NCBI RefSeq assembly: GCF_001194135.2
Contig: NC_068986.1
Coordinates: 45,907,188-45,971,187, forward strand
DNA: 64,000 nucleotides
DNA from: Octopus bimaculoides
Lineage: Eukaryota
Direction: 5' to 3'
Each line of letters starts with the position of its first letter. Position 1 is the stretch's first letter. A program made the translations under genes and the position numbers. Shown here piece by piece: positions 1 through 9,820 of the stretch. Under the pieces are notes generated by a model. That model searched no databases. It saw only the letters and a program-made list of their open reading frames with translations, and was not told the origin of the DNA.

Positions 1-339
1 ATATGTTATTTTTCAAGGAGAAACACTTTGAAAGAAACTGAATACTCCTTTCAAAATACTGAGAGTAGAACAATCATCAGGCTATTAATGAGAAAACTAC
101 TCCAACATAATCCATAAAGGAAAGTGTAAAACTGATTGGAAAACTCACCCATGAATTAGTTTGAAAAGAGTCATGAAATACAGAATAGAAAAATTTGATG
201 AATATTTGATAAGAATCTCAGATGTTTGCCCACACACACCCTTGAGAATTATCAAAAAATCTGCGCTTTCAGGTTTTCAAATGTTATCAAAAGTATTATA
301 ATTACATCTAGTCACACTCTATGCAAATCACTGTCATTA

Positions 340-670
340 AATGTGATTACAAGCAATTTTGGTTTTCACAGAGTGCCTTGAGTCTCTCTAGTTTAAGCCA
401 CTACTTCACTGCAGTGAGAGGTCACAGTTTCTGTAAGATAAACATGTGGTTAGAGTGCCAGAGGAGAGGATTTCAAAGCATATTCCTCAAGCTACACCAG
501 TTTGGTCTCCAACAAGCAGGAAACCTAAGGTGAGACAGCCGGATCCTATACATAGTCTCAGTTGGTCACACTTGAGAAAGTTTAATGATGATTGCTTCAA
601 CCCTGTGGGGGAAGTACCTGAAGACTCTACTCCCAGAATAGTGGGCAGTGAAAATGGATGGAAATAGATG
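340..670 (+). mobile_element. Degenerate RTE-like LINE 3' fragment
   Basis: RVPEERISKHIPQATPVWSPTSRKPKVRQ resembles the RTE ORF2 C-terminal motif HVLRM..ERIPK..L.......R.RGRPK..W. Confidence 0.55.
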
Positions 671-815
671 GATGGACATATGTATATAAATTAAACCATG
701 TTCTTGCAAGGTTTACTTTAAATGTCTGAAGTAATGGATTTACATAGAGATACAATATGTCAAGTAGTTAAGCTAATATGCTTAGCTCTTGTATATTAAA
801 AGCAAGAAAACTTAC

Positions 816-965
816 CGTCTTTGCAAATTGATCCACCTGTTCCTAAAGGACATAGACATCGGTATCCGAGTGTCTTGTCCATAAGGCATGTTCCTCCATT
901 TTGACAGGGATTCAGTGTACAGGTTGTATTAGATGTTGGTGATGGTGGAGGAACAGATACAACCT
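816..965 (-). CDS. AGRN: Agrin exon: Pro/Ser/Thr linker + EGF-like domain
   Basis: ttgcag acceptor, gtaag donor, phase 1-1, 150 nt; (E)VVSVPPPSPTSNTTCTLNPCQNGGTCLMDKTLGYRCLCPLGTGGSICKD. Confidence 0.93.
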
Positions 966-2556
966 CTGCAATAAAACAGTATTACAAATGTAACATCACT
1001 AACAAAGAGAATATATACATATAGACTCGACTTTCATGCATAATAAACACTCTAACAAAGAGATTATTTGTCTAAGCTGTTTTAATGTGTTCAACTGATT
1101 CTCTGAAAGCTATAATTCTGAACAGAGTAGTTTGGTGAATATCTGTATTTAAGTATATTTTATAGTATATAAAAAGTAATATAAAATAAGGCATTTTGCA
1201 TTAATAATTCTTCAATTGACAACAGCAAATAAAAATATAACCAGATTTGGAAATCAGACAGTTTAGAGATCAGTTATTAAGCTATTAAGCAAAATTATTC
1301 CAATATAGTTGATAAATAATGATCAGAAATCAATAAGAAAACTGCTGCAGCAAAGGTAATAAAAAACAAAAATGAAAAGTAAGGGGAAATTGAGTGGAAT
1401 TACTGACAAATAGCAAAACATAAGGATATGAATGAAAAATATCTTCCAAGTCAATTTTTAATTTCCTGACTTCATTTCCTTATTATTATCCTTGATGTTA
1501 TTTTATATGAAATGTGCCAGTAATGATTGAAACAAATAAAAGGAAACCTGGAAAGCTTGATGGGTATTTACTTTCAAGTCTCTTGTCACTGAGAGAAAAT
1601 TTTGTCAGGACTAATTATTTTTATTTTTATTGATAAGCTCTTTTCAATTGAAGATATACCTTCAAAGATTTAAAAAAACAAAAAAAAACTATTTTCTACA
1701 ATATGAATTTTGTAGAGTTATTATCGTAGTGTTGCATATGTTTTGCATCACAATGTCATGTGACCCAAACTTTTTTAAATGGTTGCCATTTCTGTGTCAA
1801 AGAAATTTTTCTTTATGATATGTTTTGCTTGGTTATTCAGTTGATTATTTAAGGTCAGCAGAAGTAAGGGATCACATATGTGACAGCTGCTTTACTTCAA
1901 TAAATTCTTTGCTGTGAGACCATATTTATATACTTGAATAATGCTTTGTGTGCAGGATTATGAATACAATCTATTTGGTTGTAATAATTTCTTCTTCCAA
2001 CCACCATAACAAATTTTATTACTAATTTGTTGTTACATGATACTGAATTTATATTCAGTTTATATTGATATATTTTTTAAACCTCTAGTTTCAAAATGAA
2101 AATTAGTTTTCTTGTTCAAGGTAAAAAGCTAACTCAGTTGATTAATGTTTCTAAGATAATCTATATATATAAAGATAAGAATGTGTGTCTGTCTGTGTGT
2201 GTGTCTGTGTGAATCCCTAAAACTCGAGAACTACCCAACCAATTTCATTAAAATTTTACACATGCCTTACTTACAGTTCGTACAACGTCATGGACCAAAA
2301 ACATTTTCAACTTCTTGCCTAATGCGAGCCCACAGCAATCTCTTTCTTATACTATTTCAGTATTACGTGTCAAAAGTGAAACAATAATATCTCTCTATTG
2401 CAATGTGAGATACTTTCAGTTTAATACTTTCACTATTATAGTGAAACTATTACCTCACATATATACATGCATACACACATATTCGTCATAAACACTCTAC
2501 CACTGCTACTAACATCTGTTGGGAACCCTTTCAGACCTGCCTTACATTCAAACCAG

Positions 2557-2966
2557 AATCTCAAAAACATTATCCCCTTATATCTCATTCTCATTTCATT
2601 ACCACGATAGGCAAATAAAACTTACTTCTCACGTGGAGACAATGGAAGATGGTAACAGACATTAACCAGATGCTACCTTGTCAAGTGAAATATATTGTCA
2701 TCCACTTCAGCTCTAACCTTCCTAGCCTATGGAGAGTTCAAACGACCTCCACACAACTATAGCACCACTGAACCGTAATCTCAAAAACATTGTCCCCTTG
2801 CATCTCATTCTCATTTCATTCTAAACACATGGAAATAAAACTTACTTCTCACTACAGGACAATGGAAGATGGTAACAGATATTAACCACATGCTACCTTG
2901 TCAAGTGAAATATATTGTCATCCACTTCACCTCCAACCTTCCTAGCACCACTATAGCACCACTGAT
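2557..2966. repeat. ~220-bp tandem direct duplication (2557-2776 / 2777-2966)
   Basis: Both copies run aatctcaaaaacatt...gacaatggaagatggtaacaga...tgctaccttgtcaagtgaaatatattgtcatccacttca...cttcctagc...ctatagcaccactga. Confidence 0.9.
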
Positions 2967-3509
2967 ATCTTCATCCTTCTAGCTGTCTGCTTTCTTACAA
3001 ATACGACAGAATTCATTTCCAGGCAGATAACATTCAGAACGCAATTCACAATCACTGTCTCCTTTCCTCTTACTATTTCTCTCATCTTGTCTTTCACAGC
3101 ATTGCTCTATCAAAACAATACTGATCAACTAAAGCACATTCATTCATTTTGCTGAATTTGGTACGTAAACTTTCTCGTTTGTAAATTGCATCAATCTGAA
3201 AGATTTCACTATTTCTAGCATGCGCTGCTACCACATAACGGCTTCTCGCAAATACCTGTTCAGTGGTTGCAAGATGTGCTACAAATACCAACCAAATCAA
3301 TTAATATTTACAAGTACACCTGCATATCAACTCCCAACACTTTTCTTTCCTTTCTAGCGGATTCCTATGTTTTCCATCACGGACATTCCAATTATGCAAA
3401 AATAATGTCTTTCATTTTCAATTCCCTGTCCCTACTCCTAATTTTTACATTTTCACTTCTTTCAAAATAATTCCTTACTTCTTCCCTAATGCAGGCACCA
3501 AGCAATCTT

Positions 3510-3582
3510 TTACATTGCTTCAGTCAATTTCTTACATTGCTTCAGTCAATTTCTTACATTGCTTCAGTCAATTTCTTACATT
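3510..3582. repeat. 22-bp minisatellite, ~3.3 copies
   Basis: Unit ttacattgcttcagtcaatttc repeated exactly three times plus a partial copy. Confidence 0.9.
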
Positions 3583-5974
3583 TTCATTTCTTTCATTAAG
3601 AATAAGGGAACAGGATACTTGATACCAACCGAAAACAGTCCCAGTTTTACCTGTTCTCCTTACTGAAATGCGTACTGGTGCATGCATTAAAATCTACCAA
3701 TAGTTTTGGCTTCTTCAATAATGCAGGCCTGCAGACCAACTAACTTACCTACAATCATTCCTATATTCATTTCACTAAGGAAATATGTAAGATTTCACTG
3801 CTATTTCTAGCATGCACTGCTACCACGTAATGGCTTTTCGCAAATACCTGTTCAATGGTAGCACGATGATTTATGACCTGAAACAACTGCTGTAATCACC
3901 TCCACCAGTCTTGAGAGCTGTTTAATCAATTTGCAGTCGATATGTGCGTGAAAATGGAATCAGAGAGACTGTGTTTCATCAGGTCACATAAAAAAAAATT
4001 GAGCTCTGACAGCTACATCCATCCCTGAGATGCCATCAACAATGATGGCATCTGGTGCATCTTTGGCTTTCCACTTCACCAATGACACCCTGCCATTCAA
4101 CAGCTTGCAGTGCACCTGGAAAACAGTCAAAAAGTGTACTTAACCAATGCTAATGCTTCTCTGTTGGCAGAGGAACCAAGGGATAGCACACTCACTGCAT
4201 TCTTCAAGCTTTGTCAAGTGGATCCATTCACTCAAACCATGCTGGATCCACAGCTTCCATCGTACTATACTTGGAATGGAAAAAAAATGGGCCCCAGAGA
4301 AAGCAGGTCAAAATGTTCATGGATACCCTGGCATTAAGTTTGACACTTGCCTTGGGTGAATATACACAGTGCATCTCACTCAACAAGAGTGCTTCTACTT
4401 CGGTCTACTACTGTAGGAGGTCAGAGGGCCAACGTGTTTCCAGGCCCTAAAAACCGCTCATGGACATGTCTGCACAACATACAGAGGAGCCTGCTATTGA
4501 CAAGGTCTGTTAGAAGATGGTGCACAATGGAATGCAACTTTGGGAGAGGCTGCATTATCAGAAAAGTCTCAGGGCACTATTTGAAGTATTACTACAGACA
4601 TGCAAACTATGTGATCATGCCACTCTATGGCTCAAGTACAGGGACAACCTGGCTGAAGACTTTAAGTGACAAGCTCAACTGCTCTATTCTGACATGGAGG
4701 GTATCAGCAATGAAGTCTATAACAAAACTCTCATTGACATTGAAGACAGAATTGCCACACTGGGTGGAAATTAATTGTCCACATATGGCCTGCCACAAAC
4801 ATTCAGGTCAAGGTCAAATAACCTTCCCACTGCTGTCATTCATGAAACATCCTACGACACTCAAGCGCTTTCAAAGTACATTGTTGAAAACGAGCCTAAA
4901 TTACTTCCGGACCAGCTGCAGGCCTACAGAACTATTCTTAACTGCTCCTGGAGGGACAGGAAAAAAATTAATTACAAAGCTTCTCCTTGCAGAAGTTAGG
5001 CAGCATCAGGACATTGCAGTAGCTGTGGCTTCCTCTGCGGATGCAGCTACTTTTTACCTGGTGGCAGGACAGCGCGCTCAACTTTCAAACTCCCTCTCAA
5101 TTTAGCAGCATCCAAGACGCCTTCATGCAACATCAACAAAAGCTCAGATATGGGGCAGGTACTTAAAAGGTGTCATCTAATTGTCTGGGATGAGTGCACC
5201 ATGGCTCACAAGGATGCTTTGGAAGCACTAGATAGAGCCCTGAAAGACATCCAAGACTGTCAGGCTCCAATGGGGGGTGTAACGCTTCTGTTGTCAGGTG
5301 ATTACAGGCAAACTCTTCCTGTCATTCCGAAAGGCACTAGAACAGATGAGGTCCAAGCATGCCTAAAGTCCTCTACCCTGTGGCATCATGTTATGATCCT
5401 CAGTCTTAACACTAACATGAAAGCTCAGTTACATTAGTGGACTAAAGCCCTTCACATATTTTCCCTCAATCTTAATCTATACCTCTCATTATACTATGCT
5501 AATATCAAGCTATTAATAATTCTTGTTTACACTCACTCTCTTCAGCACAAAGATTTTATTTGGAATCACTGATTGGCACATGTTAACAGTTGAATCAAGG
5601 AAGGTGCACCTGTGTGGTCACTCAAACTGTTAGAAATAGCTAAATTTCATTTAGACTACACACTCTACCATCTTTTAAAATTTCTAGAACTTGGAAGTTC
5701 TAGAAATATAATATAGATGGCATAGTCAGGGCAGGAAGACTTGACAGAGCTGTAAATAGCAATTAGAGTATGTTAAGAGTTGAACCAAGAAAGGAGTCTC
5801 AGTACAGTTGCTCAACCTACTCAAAAAAGCAATCAAATCTCCCTCACTGGACATCTTACCATCAGACAATGTAGTTCTAAGTATAAAAAAAAAAGATAAT
5901 TGGATGGTCATGGCTGGAATGCCTTTGATTTATAATAAACAGATGTCAGATTGGATATCAAATGAAAATGGTAC

Positions 5975-6097
5975 CAAGACAATTCTTTTTGTCCATAGTT
6001 TGAATGAAGCCGGTTTTGCAGACACAGATGCCTAGTACGCATCGACTATTTGGTACATCACAATCACTTTCACTGGGACACAAGTCATCGATTCTGC
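5975..6097 (-). CDS. AGRN: Agrin exon: EB/EGF-like six-cysteine module
   Basis: tttatctttgcag acceptor, gtacca donor, phase 1-1, 123 nt; (G)RIDDLCPSESDCDVPNSRCVLGICVCKTGFIQTMDKKNCL. In frame with both neighbouring exons and absent from the supplied ORF track. Confidence 0.85.
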
Positions 6098-6200
6098 CTG
6101 CAAAGATAAATTTGCCATTTTAAAATTACATAAAGAACAAAACTGATTTTTAATTATATTGTTTCAAATAATAATGAATAAGAAGTTATAATAATATTAA

Positions 6201-6411
6201 TTTGAAATTTTGGCACAAGGTCAGCAATTTTGGGGGAAGGAATAAGTTAATTACATTGACCCCAGTGATCAATTGTAACATCTTATTGACCCTGAAAGGA
6301 TGAAAGGCAAAGTTGACCATGTTAGAATTTGAACTCAGAATGTAAAGATAGACAAAATGCTGCTAAGCATTTTGCCTGGCATGCTAATGATTCCGCCAGC
6401 TCACTACCTAA
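6201..6411 (-). mobile_element. tRNA-derived SINE (family with ggtagtgagctggcagaa head)
   Basis: Reverse complement resembles the + copies at ~8055-8250 and ~9402-9610 (gagctggcagaa...ttctgagttcaaattc...actttgcctt). Confidence 0.75.
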
Positions 6412-6960
6412 TAAAAAGTACTATATTAACATTTCCCATCCTTGGTGTGTGACTTAAGTTTAATGCTGTCATAATATCAAAGCCATTCAAATACAAATAC
6501 TATATTTTCATGTATACAAATCAAATTATACAGATGAAAATTTACAGCCAAAAAGAAGTAGGCCAACTTATAAGCTATGATGACTTTGGAGGACTAAAAA
6601 TTTCCATGTGAAATACAGCGGAAAGGTAGTGACAATGTTTGAATGTTTACACTACATGTTTACACTATATACTATATTGATTTGGGTGCCAGAAAATGCA
6701 CTATACAAGCATCTAGAAAATCATTACACTTTACACCTTAGTAAAGTATGAATCTCAATTTGAAATGAGTAGAAGTCATACTATTTATTAAGTGAGTGTG
6801 TCTTAAAATTCCATTGCTTTCATGATTTTTTAAAAATTTCATTTATATATTTTTGCAGAGTACCAGCATGAGTGTGTGGTTAAGAAATCAGTTTCATGAC
6901 CGTGTGGTTTTGAGTTTGATTCCACTGCATGGCACTTTGGGAAAGCAAATTCAACCATAG

Positions 6961-7390
6961 TGTCAGCTTAAGCTTGTAGCAAGGGCCGTAAAGGCTAAAA
7001 GGAACAGGGCAGAGTGACGTTCCTTCATTCTGTTGTTGGTAGGTGGCGCTGCAATGGCACTTCTGCTAGGGAGGTATAAAAACGCTAGAGGGACAACAAA
7101 CTTTCTCTTTTTTTTTTGTCGGTCTCGCTCCTGGGCAGTTTGACTTGTCAACTGATACAGCCAGCTAGGACTGCTAGCTTGCTTTGCCTTTGGTCATTAT
7201 TGCTACTGCATTATGTAACAGACACATTTCTTACTCTCTACTCTTTCAGTGTCAATCTACAACTTTTATTTATTCACATCCACTTTTGTATGAACACTGT
7301 TATAAAAACTTGTTTAACTTTGATTTGATATTGTTTATCACACCAGTACATGCACCTTAACACAAACAAGAACACCAGATTCATGTTTAC
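6961..7390 (+). mobile_element. Putative solo LTR-like insertion splitting a SINE
   Basis: Starts TG, is GC-richer than its flanks and has TATAAAAA at 7075. It interrupts a SINE whose head (6860-6960) and body (from ~7395) flank it. No target-site duplication (TSD) was resolved. Confidence 0.4.
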
Positions 7391-8054
7391 TCTTCACTAA
7401 AAGCTTTTGAGTCAAATTTAGTTGACAGAAACTATGTGAACACCTAGTGTGTGTGTTTGTGCATGTTTATATTTGTGTGGGGTAGATAGATGGTAGAGAG
7501 ATTACTGAGTGTATTTACATCTTTGAGAGTGAGAACCATTACGTTTGAGCAGAAATCCCTTGCAGGATTTATCTCCCTTCATGCCAGTATTTACTTTGCC
7601 TTTCGTATCTGATGTGAATGTCAAAATAACTGCCTTACAAAGTACTGGATTAAAAAACAAATAGGCAACTAAAACTCTTGAAGGCAATGCCCCAACATAA
7701 CCCTAGTCTAATGATGAAAAAGAATAACAGAATAAAAATAAGATGAGATATAGGTGCTCAATTATATTCTGAGTTCAAGAGTTCAACTCCCCTAGAATTA
7801 ATTTTGTCTTTGTTGATTAAATCAGGGCAGTCTTCATGAACAACGGAGGAGCATCTATGTGGCTGTTTCATCGGCTAGAAATAACAGCCATAATCTACTG
7901 CAAATTACACCCTTCTGTCTTGAAATTAAAGAGACATGCAATGCTTGAATGCTGCTAATCATAGATTTTTGTCTATTTAGGGTTGAACTAGGGCTAAACA
8001 ACAGCAAATATAACTCTATACTTAACTGAGAAATCATTACGAAAGACCAACGTA

Positions 8055-8250
8055 AGGGGGGTGAGCTGGCAGAATTGTTAGCATGCTGGACAAAATGCTT
8101 AGTGGCATTTTTTTCTGGCTTTTTATGCTCTGTGTTCAAATTCCATCGAGGTCACCTTTGCTTTTTATCCTTTTGTGAGTCAATAAAATAAGTATCAGTC
8201 AAGTACTCGGGTTGATGTAATTGATTTAGCTGTCCCTTGTGTCAAAATTA
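8055..8250 (+). mobile_element. tRNA-derived SINE (gagctggcagaa family)
   Basis: Similar to the 9402-9610 copy and to the reverse complement of 6201-6411. Confidence 0.75.
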
Positions 8251-8529
8251 GAAAGAATTATTACAGATTTAATGTTTCAGGTTTTTTTAGTCTTTATTGT
8301 CTATAATAACGTAATTCCATTGTCTATAATAATGTAATTCCATCCACTTCTTGACTGGTATTTTGTTTTATCAACTATAGATGGATCTATCCATCAATCC
8401 ATCCTCTCCTTTACATACTATTCCTGGGAGAGTCACAGGCAGAATCCTCAGGCATAGCAATTGTTATTACACTTTCCAACTAGATTCCTAAGCATGACCA
8501 ACTGAGATTATAAAGATAAAGGTAACATT

Positions 8530-8762
8530 TCTTTCTTGAGTCATACTGACTCATAAGGGTCAGTTTCATGGTTTCCATGGTGTATATATTCCCCACCTGG
8601 ATGGACACCAGTCCATCTCAGGGTTACTCATTTTTGCCAGCTGAGTGGACTGGAGCAACATGAAAAATGAAGTGCTTTGCTCAAAAACATAATGTGTTGC
8701 CTGGTCCAGGGATTGAAACCACAGGCTTACAGTCATGAGTCCAACACTCTAACCACTTGCCT
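8530..8762 (-). mobile_element. tRNA-derived SINE
   Basis: Reverse strand has a tRNA-like head (gtggttagagtgttggactc...ggtttcaatccctggacc) followed by a core-like body (ttgagcaaagcacttcat). Confidence 0.65.
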
Positions 8763-9401
8763 CCACTCAACTGAGATTATGAATATTATCCAACTATCTT
8801 GCTCAAGGCCTACCCCTACAGATCTTGTCAGTTGGCTCAGTTTGAAGAATCTGTCTTGTGATTATTTCCTGTGACATTCTAATCACATGTCTGAAATACC
8901 AGAACTGTGACCTCTCAATGTGGAGAAGTAGTAGTTTGACCTAGAAAGACACCCTGATCCCCAAGCTATGCAATCTGTTGAGTAATGTTAACCCACTGAT
9001 CCTTTGGAGGAACTCAATTTTGGCTGCTTGAATTCACGGTTATACTGTTTCGGCCATTACCCAACATTCACAATGATAGGTGAGGATAGGCATGAAACCC
9101 AAATTGAAGATGGATGGATGAAAGTCAAAGCTGATGTTAGCAAAATTTGAACTCAGAATGTAAAGAACCACAAATATCACAGGCAGTTTGTCTAATGCCC
9201 AAACAAGACTGCCAATTTATTCCATCAGTAAAATTGTATTCTCAATTGAAACTGGTTTGTTGTTATTTCAATTATCTTGTAGAACCCCACCCCACAAAAA
9301 AATAATTAATGACAAAATATAAAATAAAAAATGGTATATTATAATTCTTAGTTCCCTTCTGTTATAATTGTCAAGCTTCTTGTTATTAATAACACATTAT
9401 T

Positions 9402-9610
9402 AAGGTAGTGAGCTGGCAGAATTGTTACCGCATCAGACAAATTGCTTAATTACTTCTTCAAGCTCATTACATTCTGAGTTCAAATTCCATTAAGGTTGAC
9501 TTTGCCTTCATCATTTTGGGATAAGTAAAAAAAGGCATCAGTTGAGTACTGAAGTCAATATAATTCATTAACCCTTTCCTTCCCTGAAACTGGACCAAAA
9601 TTAGAAATAA
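9402..9610 (+). mobile_element. tRNA-derived SINE (gagctggcagaa family)
   Basis: aaggtagtgagctggcagaattgtta...ttctgagttcaaattcc...gactttgcctt. Confidence 0.75.
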
Positions 9611-9676
9611 TTAATAAAGCATTATTTGAGGAGGAATAAATAAATCCATGGGAGGTGACAGGAAAAAATTACTTAC

Positions 9677-9820
9677 CAACGACTTCTGGTGGCCTTTCTG
9701 TAGCCTTAGTTAAAATGATTTTTGTTACTTCGTTACTAACATGGTTGATGTGCCTGGTTGTCTTTCTTGATCTTGTTGTGGGAGTAGGAGAGGTTACCAT
9801 TCTTGATTCTGTTGAGACTA
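9677..9820 (-). CDS. AGRN: Agrin exon: Ser/Thr-rich, basic linker
   Basis: ctttctacttag acceptor (NAGNAG), gtaagt donor, phase 1-1, 144 nt; (L)VSTESRMVTSPTPTTRSRKTTRHINHVSNEVTKIILTKATERPPEVV. The exact acceptor is inferred. Confidence 0.75.

Larger units (their letters stand above)
2160..5437 (+). mobile_element. Degenerate, internally deleted Helitron (Rep/PIF1 helicase pseudogene)
   Basis: 5' end A|TCTATATATATAAAGATAAGAATGTGTGTCTGTCTG at 2160. Rep fragments LFNQFAVDMCVKMESERLCFIR and AVHLENSQKVY...DSTLTAFFKLCQVDPF. PIF1 motifs APGGTGK and LIVWDECTM...LLSGDYRQTLPVIP. Multiple stops and frameshifts; 3' end not found. Confidence 0.88.

Noticed and set aside
5808-6035. + strand 75-aa ORF (MLNLLKKAIK...)
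   Set aside because: It partly overlaps the antisense of the EB exon and has no recognisable domain or splice support.
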